Shown in pieces: positions 30,031-40,007 of a DNA stretch of 64,000 nucleotides. A program made the translations under genes and the position numbers. Below the pieces are notes generated by a model. It ran no database searches. It saw only the letters and a list, made by a program, of their open reading frames with translations, and had not been told where the DNA came from. Source of the DNA: Clostridia bacterium (GTDB lineage Bacteria; Bacillota; Clostridia; TANB77; CAG-465); assembly GCA_017626395.1 (NCBI GenBank), contig JAGAIU010000015.1, forward strand, positions 3,746 to 67,745, written 5' to 3'. How positions within the stretch are numbered: the first letter of the stretch is position 1; each line of letters starts with the position of its first letter.

Positions 30031-30969
30031 ATGAATGTTATAGTAGCACTTTATACTTTAAGAGAGCAGAAACATGCTAATGTTTCTTATGGAGTTACTT
30101 TAGTAGCAAACATTAATAATGGAAAGTTAGAGTTTAATGTGGAAGTTACTAAAGTTTGTGGTGATGATATTTTGCATATTTTATTGCATGAGATTTTAGA
30201 AGAGGAAATAAAAGATAAAATTTCTCAAAGAATTGAACAGTTTAATAAAATAAAAAATGCAATTAATGATACTTATAAAAACTTTTTTAATTTAATTAGT
30301 GAATACCCTTTTATTTCTAAAAATAGCACACTTTTTAGTGATTGTTATAATGAGGCAAATAAAATTAATGTAGAAATTGGTAATAAAAAATATTCTGAAA
30401 TCTATATGCTTTTAAACTATGATTTAGTATGTAAAAAATTGAATTTAAATAATGGATATGTTACTAGAAAGAATATAGAAGAATATATAAAAGACTATAT
30501 TTTTAAAGAATGTAATGAAGTAGTTCCTAAATATGTATTTACTTTTATGAGAGAAAATGATAAGCGTGAACTTATCTTTAAAGGAAATTACGATCGATTT
30601 CATGATAAATGTTTAGCTGTAATATATGATTATAATGATTTTAAATTTCTTAATAAAAAATATAAAGGTGAACAGTTGTATGTGATACCTATTAGAGAAA
30701 GAATACTAGAATTTACAGGTACAAGTATATGGGATTATGGATACAACTATTTCAATTATACGTCTCAATATTCACGATTTTGCAGGGAATCTAGATCTAA
30801 AAAAGGAGCTTTGATAATAGTTAGAAAGAATGTGAAAAACATAAATAAAATAGATGAATTTGTATCTAAACTTGTTGATAGAAAAAGCTTTTGGCAGTAT
30901 TGTATATTGGATTTAGAAAAAGGATATGAAGATAGTAATATTGTTATATACGTTGTTAAAAAGATATAG
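30031..30969 (+). CDS. hypothetical protein (312 aa), no recognisable domain
   Basis: RBS AAGGAGG. Its own terminator follows. Very AT-rich. Confidence 0.45.
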   Translation: MNVIVALYTLREQKHANVSYGVTLVANINNGKLEFNVEVTKVCGDDILHILLHEILEEEIKDKISQRIEQFNKIKNAINDTYKNFFNLISEYPFISKNSTLFSDCYNEANKINVEIGNKKYSEIYMLLNYDLVCKKLNLNNGYVTRKNIEEYIKDYIFKECNEVVPKYVFTFMRENDKRELIFKGNYDRFHDKCLAVIYDYNDFKFLNKKYKGEQLYVIPIRERILEFTGTSIWDYGYNYFNYTSQYSRFCRESRSKKGALIIVRKNVKNINKIDEFVSKLVDRKSFWQYCILDLEKGYEDSNIVIYVVKKI

Positions 30970-30972
30970 AGA

Positions 30973-31004
30973 AAGAGTGGAAAATTTTTCCACTCTTCTT
31001 TTTT
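30973..31004. terminator. bidirectional terminator between convergent genes
   Basis: AGAGTGGAAAA-TTT-TTCCACTCT followed by TCTTTTTT. Confidence 0.7.
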
Positions 31005-32508
31005 AATCGGTTATATTAAAATTCAAATCGTTTACTGGATAAGACTTTAATATTCCATGAGCTCCAACACGAATGTAATTTTTATTACTTAGTATTGCAA
31101 CTCCTTTTGGTTTAATCTTGTCTATTACAGTTTTAGCAAATTGAACTTTAGTATTTTCTTCTCCGTGATTTATTAACACAGATTTTAAATTGAAGCCTTC
31201 AAGTAATTCAAGTAAATCTTCTTGCTTACCATGGCCGGAAAATTCATTTGTAGATAATACCTTTGCCTTTTTTGTAGTCATTATGCCGTTTAATTCAAAT
31301 ACTTCACCATCACCAACTTCTTTAATTTTGCTACCAAAAGTATTTGGTGTAGTGTATCCACAGAAGTGGATAGTACATTTTGGTCTAGAAATATAGTATG
31401 GTAGATAAAATTGAGCAGGTCCATAACTACCCATTCCAGATGTTGTAAGAATTATTTTGCTATTTCTATCAGGAAGCAAAGCTTGACGAGTTTCATATTC
31501 TGTTACCAAAGTTAAGTTTTCTGGTAAGAAAGATTGAACATCTTCATCTTGCTTTAAATAATCTAAATGATTTTGATAGAAACTAGTGTAGCTATGGGCT
31601 AACTTCCCATCAAAATAGATAGGAATAGATTTGCTAAGAAGACCATTTTTCTGCATCTTTTTAAGTTTTAATAACATTTCTTGACTTCTACCAAGGGAGA
31701 AGACTGGAATAATTAAAGTTTCTTTATGCTTCAAAGATTCTAAAATGTTATCTTCAAAAACATGCACAATGTCATTTCTAGATTTGGTACCATAGGTAGA
31801 TTCAGTAATAACATTTAAAGGTACTTCTTTAAGCATTTTAGGCATTTCTTCTACGTCAAAGAAGATATTGTCTTTGGCATAGTCACCACTAAAATACAAG
31901 TATATTGGATCTTGCCCTTTATAAGTGATTGTAACAAGAATAGAAGCGGCTCCAAGTAAATGTCCATTTTGAATGAATTTTACTGCAATATGTGGAGCAA
32001 CACTCACTGCTTTATTAAACTCTACACCTACAACATTTTCCATAGCTTTTGATACATCATCTACTTCAAAAAGTGGAGTATTCATAGCACTTGCTAAATG
32101 TGTTGGAATAGAAGAATCTTCTAAAACTTTTTTTTGTTTATTGCTATTCTTTTGTGTATTAGAAGATAAAATCTCAGCTGTATTATTTAATGCTAGTGGC
32201 ATCAACTCAGATGTTATCTTACTTGCGTAAGTTTTTCCTTTGAAACCATCCTTATATAATTTCGGTATCCTTCCTATGTGATCTATATGGTTGTGAGTTA
32301 CAAGCAAAAAGCTTATTTCATTTGGTTCAAATGGAAAATAATAGTTTTGCTTTTGGTATTTCTCCTCTTGGAATAGACCACAATCTACGATGAATTTGAC
32401 TTTTTGGGTGTCAGGGAATCTAACAGTACAAATATTACATGAACCAGTTACCTCGTTATGCAGGGATACGATATCAACATACATATTTGCTTTATTGTTT
32501 TTACCCAT
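31003..32508 (-). CDS. beta-CASP family metallo-beta-lactamase fold nuclease (CPSF73/RNase J-like)
   Basis: HxHxDH motif LLVTHNHIDHIG. beta-CASP-like motifs FSGDY, ESTYG, IIPVFSLGRSQE, FSGHG and LINHGE. It lacks the N-terminal signature that would make it a confident RNase J1/J2. Confidence 0.6.
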   Translation of the reverse strand: MGKNNKANMYVDIVSLHNEVTGSCNICTVRFPDTQKVKFIVDCGLFQEEKYQKQNYYFPFEPNEISFLLVTHNHIDHIGRIPKLYKDGFKGKTYASKITSELMPLALNNTAEILSSNTQKNSNKQKKVLEDSSIPTHLASAMNTPLFEVDDVSKAMENVVGVEFNKAVSVAPHIAVKFIQNGHLLGAASILVTITYKGQDPIYLYFSGDYAKDNIFFDVEEMPKMLKEVPLNVITESTYGTKSRNDIVHVFEDNILESLKHKETLIIPVFSLGRSQEMLLKLKKMQKNGLLSKSIPIYFDGKLAHSYTSFYQNHLDYLKQDEDVQSFLPENLTLVTEYETRQALLPDRNSKIILTTSGMGSYGPAQFYLPYYISRPKCTIHFCGYTTPNTFGSKIKEVGDGEVFELNGIMTTKKAKVLSTNEFSGHGKQEDLLELLEGFNLKSVLINHGEENTKVQFAKTVIDKIKPKGVAILSNKNYIRVGAHGILKSYPVNDLNFNITD

Positions 32509-32834
32509 AAAAATTCCTCCTTTTTAATAATTACAAACATAGAAAAATAATAATTTCCTAAACTGCTAAAATAATAATCATTATTTTACATATATTTGCT
32601 TACACCCTTATTATAACTTGCGATTGCCTATTAGTCAATTAAAATGAGAAAATTAATAAAAATTTAGTATAAAGAATACATAATAAATAGTAAATATTAC
32701 TAATTTCAAAAATTTAACTAAAAAGTGATAAATAACTAATAAAAGTAAACATAAAATTAAGAAAAATACATATTTTTAGTAGATTTTTTATATTATTTAT
32801 TGTATAATACTATGGTATGTGAGGTGAAATAATT

Positions 32835-33851
32835 ATGGGTGAGAAAAAAACAATATTAACCGGTATTAGACCTACTGGTAATTTACATTTAGGACATTAT
32901 TTTGGGGCGGTAGGTAACTGGGTAAAATCTCAAGATGCCTATAACGAATTTATTGAAATTGCAGATGTTCAAGCATTAACAGATAATTTCAATAATCCAG
33001 ATAAAGTTAGAAAAAATGTAAGAGAGTTAACTTTAGACTTACTTGCATGTGGAATAGATCCTAAAAAAGCAAATATTTTTATACAATCAATGATACCAGA
33101 GATTGCAGAACTTACAGTATATTATTCAAATTTAGTTACTGTAGCAAGACTTGAAAGAAATCCAACTATTAAAACAGAAATTGCACAAAAGAAAGAATTA
33201 TTTGGAAATTCTGGTGAAAGTGTAACTTATGGTTTCTTAGGATATCCTGTAAGCCAAGCAGCAGATATAACTGCACTTGGAGGAACACTAGTTCCAGTTG
33301 GTGATGACCAATTACCACTTCTTGAACAAGCAAGAGAAATAGTAAGAAAATTTAACTCAATATATGGTGAAACATTACAAGAACCAGAACATTTATTATC
33401 TAGTATTCCAAGACTTAAAGGTTTAGATGGCAATGAGAAAATGGGAAAAAGCTTAGGAAATGCTATTTTCTTAATAGATAGTGATGAAGTGGTTACTAAA
33501 AAAGTAATGGATGCTAAAACTGATACAACAAAAATACACAAAGATGATCCAGCTAACCCAGATGTTTGTATGGTATATTATTATCACAAATTAGTTAGTG
33601 GAGAAAATTTAGAAACAATATGTACTGAATGTAAAGAAGGAAAAAGAGGATGTATGCAATGTAAAAGAGAACTTGCTAAAAACCTTATTGACTTCTTAAA
33701 ACCAATTAAAGAAAGAAGAAAATATTACGAAGAAAATCCTCAAGAGGTAGATACTATATTAAAAGAAGGAACTAAAAAAGCTAGATTTAAAGCTAGCGAA
33801 ACAATGGCTAAGGTAAGAAAAGCAATTAAAATAGATTATTTTGAAGAATAG
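32835..33851 (+). CDS. trpS: tryptophan--tRNA ligase
   Basis: HIGH motif (TGNLHLGHY) and KMSKS motif (KMGKS). Confidence 0.9.
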   Translation: MGEKKTILTGIRPTGNLHLGHYFGAVGNWVKSQDAYNEFIEIADVQALTDNFNNPDKVRKNVRELTLDLLACGIDPKKANIFIQSMIPEIAELTVYYSNLVTVARLERNPTIKTEIAQKKELFGNSGESVTYGFLGYPVSQAADITALGGTLVPVGDDQLPLLEQAREIVRKFNSIYGETLQEPEHLLSSIPRLKGLDGNEKMGKSLGNAIFLIDSDEVVTKKVMDAKTDTTKIHKDDPANPDVCMVYYYHKLVSGENLETICTECKEGKRGCMQCKRELAKNLIDFLKPIKERRKYYEENPQEVDTILKEGTKKARFKASETMAKVRKAIKIDYFEE

Positions 33852-35150
<1,299 letters not shown>

Positions 35151-35166
35151 ATAAAAAAATAATAGA

Positions 35167-35197
35167 AAGCTATGATGTAAAAATCATAGCTTTTTTG
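35167..35197 (+). terminator. intrinsic terminator after obg
   Basis: AAGCTATGAT-GTAAAA-ATCATAGCTT followed by TTTTT. Confidence 0.7.
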
Positions 35198-35359
35198 CAC
35201 TTTACAGTGTTTTGTAACAAAATAGAAATATAAAAGATACGATAAATTGAATAAGAAAAATAAAGCTTAAAATATTCAATTAAACTAAAGTTAATACTAA
35301 AAATACAGCTATTTACAAATGAATTTTATAGTGCTATATTAAAGTCGAGGTGGAAACAT

Positions 35360-36046
35360 ATGAAAAGTAAAATAAGTTTAATTATTTTGGTAGTAATAAT
35401 TATATTTTTGGGAGCTGCTACAGCTTTTTTAGGATATTACTACGGAGAACAAAAAGAAGAACTAGAGGCATTAACAGCTAAAGTTAATGAATTAACACAA
35501 GTTCCAGAAGTAGATGGAGATGTTGTAGTAGATGAAACTCCAGACACAACTACACAAGAACCTACAGTAACAGAGGTAGAAAAATTAGTAATTGCTAAAT
35601 TCGATTCTTCAAAAGTAGATAATTCTGCTAGAACTAATATGACAAATGTCGAAGAGTCAGCAAGTACTGTTACTATGGGTGATATAACATATAGAAAAGG
35701 ACCTAAAAAAAGTATAACTTCTTCATCAATTTATGATGTGGAGTATCAAGTAAGATATAAAAATGCAACATATACATTAAGCGATACAGCTAATATTGTA
35801 GATGTAAGAATGCAAAATTCTGGAGTTAGTTCAATTAACTATATGATAGTATTATTAGACGATGGAACTATAAAATATAGTAAAGTAGAATATGAAGGTA
35901 CAACATTAGAATTTAAAGACTATACTGCTATAAAAGATGCGGTAGCTTTAGTTACTATTGGAAGTACTAATGGTAGAGCTCAAGTGGGTGTAGGTGCCAT
36001 AACTAGTGATGGAGTAACACATGTATTACCTTATGAGTTACCTTAA
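35360..36046 (+). CDS. hypothetical membrane-anchored protein with a Thr/Val-rich linker
   Basis: N-terminal TM helix, RBS GAGGTGGA. Confidence 0.4.
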   Translation: MKSKISLIILVVIIIFLGAATAFLGYYYGEQKEELEALTAKVNELTQVPEVDGDVVVDETPDTTTQEPTVTEVEKLVIAKFDSSKVDNSARTNMTNVEESASTVTMGDITYRKGPKKSITSSSIYDVEYQVRYKNATYTLSDTANIVDVRMQNSGVSSINYMIVLLDDGTIKYSKVEYEGTTLEFKDYTAIKDAVALVTIGSTNGRAQVGVGAITSDGVTHVLPYELP

Positions 36047-36092
36047 TTAAAAATTGCAAATTAATTTAAAAATTATCTCCTATTTCACAAAA

Positions 36093-36128
36093 AGCAGAAG
36101 GAAATAAAATTCCTTCTGCTTATTTTTT
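36093..36128. terminator. bidirectional terminator
   Basis: AGCAGAAGGA-AATAAAATT-CCTTCTGCT followed by TATTTTTT. Confidence 0.65.
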
Positions 36129-36875
36129 ATTTTGTGTATTTTCTGTTATTCTTTTTGCTCTTCTATAAGTCATTTTTTTAACTACAACTGGTTTTAGTTT
36201 TAGGAATATAATTACCCCCACAAAACAAACAACTGTTGTAATTACCGCAAATGGTAGCCAGTCATATCTGTTAAAGAAAAATATTATAGGGTATAGTGCA
36301 CATAAAGCACCCATTACCATACCACCATACACTTCATGTTTTAAGTGCCCAACTCGTTTAATAGCTTCATTATCTATAGATTGGAAAGTTGCATCGATAT
36401 GATCGATAACATTTCTTTCTACTCCACGTTCTTGTATGTAATCTTTTAAATTTTTTAAGTTTCTATTTGTGTTATCTTGTCTGTGTCTTTGTCCCATTGC
36501 ATCACGAATAACGATGGATGCAAGTGTAAACATAATTAAAAAATCTTTTGCACTATTGTATGAAGATATTACTCTATCATCAGTAAGACCTAATGTGAAT
36601 GCATTTAAGAATAATACTAAAACTACACCACAAGTTACTACTGCTGTGTGAGTTGACGGAAAATCCCCATCTGAGAAAAACATTTTGAATGAAAATTTTT
36701 TTCCAATCCAACACTTTAAAAATACTTTGAAAGTCTGAGTTGCTGCCCATGTAAATACGATGGATACTGCAATAAATAAAATTAAATTATAATACAAATT
36801 GTTCCCAAATATGAGATTCATACTATCATACCTCCAATCAGTAAAGATTATACTAAATTTTATTGATTTTGTCAA
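36120..36875 (-). CDS. divergent PAP2-family (acid phosphatase/vanadium haloperoxidase-related, DUF212) membrane protein with a C-terminal extension
   Basis: The DGDFPSTHTAVVT motif resembles divergent PAP2 proteins. Polytopic. Confidence 0.45.
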   Translation of the reverse strand: MTKSIKFSIIFTDWRYDSMNLIFGNNLYYNLILFIAVSIVFTWAATQTFKVFLKCWIGKKFSFKMFFSDGDFPSTHTAVVTCGVVLVLFLNAFTLGLTDDRVISSYNSAKDFLIMFTLASIVIRDAMGQRHRQDNTNRNLKNLKDYIQERGVERNVIDHIDATFQSIDNEAIKRVGHLKHEVYGGMVMGALCALYPIIFFFNRYDWLPFAVITTVVCFVGVIIFLKLKPVVVKKMTYRRAKRITENTQNKK

Positions 36876-36963
36876 AAAATAGAAGTATCTAATTCAACTT
36901 TTTTAGACAGTATAGATTAGCATTTTATATTATTTTTTTACTCATAATAGTAATGGTGGGGTT

Positions 36964-37470
36964 ATGAAGATAAAAATTAAAATATTAGAACAAAACGAAA
37001 GTGAAACACAAATAGAAAATAAAGGATATGTTGCAATATATATTTTAGGCATAAGAGTAAAGAAGATAATTATAGATAGAAAATTTCATTCAGGAAATAG
37101 CTCAAATAAAAATTTAGATACTATTTATATGCTAGTAAAACAAATAGTTAGGTCTCTAGAAAATAAAGAAATTTTAGAAATTATTAATACATTGCTAAAG
37201 AGTATTAAAATTCACAAACTTGATTTAAATTTAGGTATAAACTTAGAAGATCCTATAATTAATGCATATTCTATAGCATTAATTAATTCTATCTTACCAA
37301 TGATTATTATGTATAATGATAAAAAAGTTAATCTTAAAAATATATCATATAATACTTTTATATCAAATAAAGTTATATATTTAGATGTTAAATCAGTTGC
37401 TTATGTATCAATATTTAAGAATTTAAAATCAATTTTTAAATTAATATTTAAAGTTAAAACTAAAAAATAA
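36964..37470 (+). CDS. YtfI-like (DUF2953) sporulation-associated protein (putative)
   Basis: Sits immediately upstream of a ytfJ/GerW homologue, as in the B. subtilis ytfI-ytfJ operon. Assigned by context only. Confidence 0.35.
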   Translation: MKIKIKILEQNESETQIENKGYVAIYILGIRVKKIIIDRKFHSGNSSNKNLDTIYMLVKQIVRSLENKEILEIINTLLKSIKIHKLDLNLGINLEDPIINAYSIALINSILPMIIMYNDKKVNLKNISYNTFISNKVIYLDVKSVAYVSIFKNLKSIFKLIFKVKTKK

Positions 37471-37552
37471 ATAAAAAGTTAAATTAAAGTATAATTTATA
37501 CTTTTTATATTCAAAATATATTTAGATTATATTTTGAAAGGTGGTATATAAA

Positions 37553-38050
37553 ATGGAAAATAAACATCCAATAGAATCATTAATGATTACTTCAATGACT
37601 TCAATAGAAAGTATGGTAGATGTAAATACTATAATAGGAGATAGTATAGTAACAGCAGATAATACAACTATTATTCCTTTATCTAAAGTATGCTTTGGAT
37701 TTGCAGCAGGTGGTAGCGAATTTAACACTAATAAATTAAACAAATATACTGAAAATGGAAAACTTCCTTTTGGTGGTGGAGCAGGTGCTGGAGTTAAAAT
37801 CTCACCAGTAGCTTTTCTAGTTATTAAAGATGGAGTTCCTAAAGTTTTAAATGTAGATGATATAAATGTAGTAGATAGAGCAGTAGATATGATACCAGAT
37901 ATAATAAATAAAATAGATAAATTAATTAATAAAAAGTTAGATAGTTGTGAAAAGAAGTGTAAAGAAGATAAAAAAGCAATAAAAACTGAAAAAGTTAATA
38001 TAGACATTGATGAGGATGATATTAATGAAGAATTTTATGAAAAAGAATAA
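37553..38050 (+). CDS. ytfJ: sporulation protein YtfJ (GerW family)
   Basis: Gly-rich loop PFGGGAGAGVKISPVAFLVI is characteristic of GerW/YtfJ. Start at ATG 37553 after an AGGTGG RBS. Confidence 0.6.
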   Translation: MENKHPIESLMITSMTSIESMVDVNTIIGDSIVTADNTTIIPLSKVCFGFAAGGSEFNTNKLNKYTENGKLPFGGGAGAGVKISPVAFLVIKDGVPKVLNVDDINVVDRAVDMIPDIINKIDKLINKKLDSCEKKCKEDKKAIKTEKVNIDIDEDDINEEFYEKE

Positions 38051-38055
38051 AAGAA

Positions 38056-38084
38056 AAGAAGCAGCATATTAAGCTGCTTCTTCT
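38056..38084. terminator. bidirectional terminator
   Basis: GAAGCAGC-ATATTAA-GCTGCTTC. Confidence 0.55.
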
Positions 38085-38656
38085 TGCATGTGTTTAGAAG
38101 AAGGTTTTTCTGCTTTATCCTTTTTTTCAGGTCTTAAGCTATTGAATAAATATACAACAGCTTTTACTGGTGTAACAATTACTATATTTGCTAAAGCAAA
38201 TATAAAGTTAATTGGTGCTCCAATAAACATAACTGCTATAGCAACAAATGGAAGTACAATTGTAATAGCAATTAATAACTTAATAAATGTACTATGAATA
38301 GTAGCATATTTAGCTATTAAATCATTGCTATCTACTGTGTATCTATCCATTACAGAAGCAAATACTTTTTCAGCTTCTTCGGCTTTTGTAATTTGCTTTG
38401 CTCTTTCTTCTGAATCTACAGCATAATCATAGATTTCTCTAGATTCTTTTTGGAATGTAGATTCTGCAATATACATTTCCTTTGCAGGAGTATATAAATA
38501 GTATCCACATATTCCTGTAATGATACTTAAAAGTATCATTATAAATAGTAGTGTAGTTGCCTTCTCAGCTTCCTGAGACTTTCTTTTAAGAGTTCTTCCA
38601 ATTCTCTTAAAAAAACCTTCTTTTCTAATTTTTTCCCCTTTTTGATTCTTTGCCAT
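38069..38656 (-). CDS. hypothetical membrane protein
   Basis: Two TM clusters, RBS AAGGAG on the minus strand. Confidence 0.4.
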   Translation of the reverse strand: MAKNQKGEKIRKEGFFKRIGRTLKRKSQEAEKATTLLFIMILLSIITGICGYYLYTPAKEMYIAESTFQKESREIYDYAVDSEERAKQITKAEEAEKVFASVMDRYTVDSNDLIAKYATIHSTFIKLLIAITIVLPFVAIAVMFIGAPINFIFALANIVIVTPVKAVVYLFNSLRPEKKDKAEKPSSKHMQEEAA

Positions 38657-38751
38657 TATAAATCATCTCCTTTTTAATAATAAATTTTCGTATTTTTGTG
38701 CTGTGAAGCATTAATCTTTAGTGTAATCCGAACACATCATTTGCTTGATGG

Positions 38752-38856
38752 CAATTAAAAAGAGAAGTCAATAATGGCATGAGACCATTATTAAACTTCT
38801 CACAAACAAATTTTAATACATTTATATTATAACATAATTAACATAAAAAGTCAACA
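38752..38856 (-). ncRNA. candidate small RNA or leader attenuator: consensus sigma-A promoter (TTGACT-17-TATAAT) with an intrinsic terminator about 30 nt downstream
   Basis: Minus strand. -35 at 38851-38856 and -10 at 38826-38831. Hairpin GAGAAGUUUAAUAAUGG-UCUCAUG-CCAUUAUUGACUUCUC (38762-38801) followed by UUUUUAAUU. No ORF lies within it. Confidence 0.35.
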
Positions 38857-39192
38857 TATTATTAGATTTTAAAACGACAAAACTAGATAATAAAACAGTG
38901 TTAAAAAAATTTTGCCTTTAAAGTCTAACTCCTTATAATATTGGCAAGGAGGTGAGATTTTGTAAAAAAATAGATTGTATAAATTTGTTATGAAGTGAGT
39001 ATTGAAGAAAAGGTAGCTAACTTTTTATATTTAATAATAAAAAATCATGTATTTGTTGATGGAAATAAAGTAATAGATAATAACACATTAACGGCATTAA
39101 CTTTATTAATAGCAGAATCAAATCCAAAAGAAAAAGAAGCTATGATAGATTTAGTAATTAACTTTTTAAATAATTAAATATATATAATAAAA

Positions 39193-39222
39193 AAGCAGTT
39201 AGGTATTATCTAACTGCTTTTA
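39193..39222. terminator. bidirectional terminator
   Basis: AAGCAGTTAG-GTATTAT-CTAACTGCTT. Confidence 0.6.
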
Positions 39223-39649
39223 CTGAATTATTAGCTCTTCTTCTAAGTTGTGCTTGCTTTTTAGCAGCTTTCTTATCTGAAGCACTAATAATAAATGTTA
39301 TAATTATAAGGTACGGAGCTACAGCTGTTGCTAAAATTAGTAACTTTGTAGTCCCATTTTTTGAGAAGAAGAAACTTGTAACATCATCGTCTGAATTAAT
39401 CAGAGAATTGTTAAAGCTCAGTAATTCGTTGTATGCCTCATCACGAGATTCCCAATTACTTGGGTTTCCATATTGTTCTACATATGAACGGTTATCTTTT
39501 AAGATAAACTGATGTACTAAATCAGGTGTTACCTTAAAAAGGAACATTGTTCCAATTACAGTCCATATTAAGAACAGACAAAACAAGAATCCTTTCACTT
39601 CTCCTTTCAATTTTACTTTTTGCCCCTTTTTTGTTCTTTTGTTTTCCAT
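39206..39649 (-). CDS. hypothetical membrane protein
   Basis: Hydrophobic core, strong RBS on the minus strand. Confidence 0.4.
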   Translation of the reverse strand: MENKRTKKGQKVKLKGEVKGFLFCLFLIWTVIGTMFLFKVTPDLVHQFILKDNRSYVEQYGNPSNWESRDEAYNELLSFNNSLINSDDDVTSFFFSKNGTTKLLILATAVAPYLIIITFIISASDKKAAKKQAQLRRRANNSVKAVR

Positions 39650-39715
39650 AAAATCAACTCCTTTTTAATATTTTTTTCTTTTTTATTTTTTGGAAAAATA
39701 TAATATATATTAAAA

Positions 39716-39756
39716 AAGTAAGTTAATTAACGACAAGCTCGTTAATTAACTTACTT
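39716..39756. repeat. perfect 18-bp inverted repeat with a 5-nt loop
   Basis: AAGTAAGTTAATTAACGA-CAAGC-TCGTTAATTAACTTACTT. Confidence 0.6.
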
Positions 39757-40007
39757 TGAAACAAATATTATTATATATATTATACCACAAAAATGAAATA
39801 TAATACATATGTTATGTAATTATTGTACCACAAATTTACATAATTGTAAATAATTAAGAAGAAATTAAAGTCATTTGTCGAATGAGATATTAAATAAGTA
39901 GAAATTGTGTGTAGAATGTGAATATTTACGGCTTTTATTGACTTTTAAATTTTAAAAATATATAATTATATATGATAATTTTAGTATAAAAGATAGGAGG
40001 AGAAAAC

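Noticed and set aside
32521-32834. A T-box riboswitch expected upstream of trpS.
   Set aside because: The 310-bp leader is extremely AT-rich and lacks the conserved T-box sequence (AGGGUGGNACCGCG) and a specifier/antiterminator arrangement. Only a TATAAT at about 32802 is visible.
38995-39177. 60-aa ORF with a GTG start.
   Set aside because: No RBS at a suitable distance, since the AAGGAGGTGA at 38946 is 40 nt away and is followed by TTG-TAA. The translation is low-complexity. It is more likely part of a promoter/UTR region, though a terminator does follow it.
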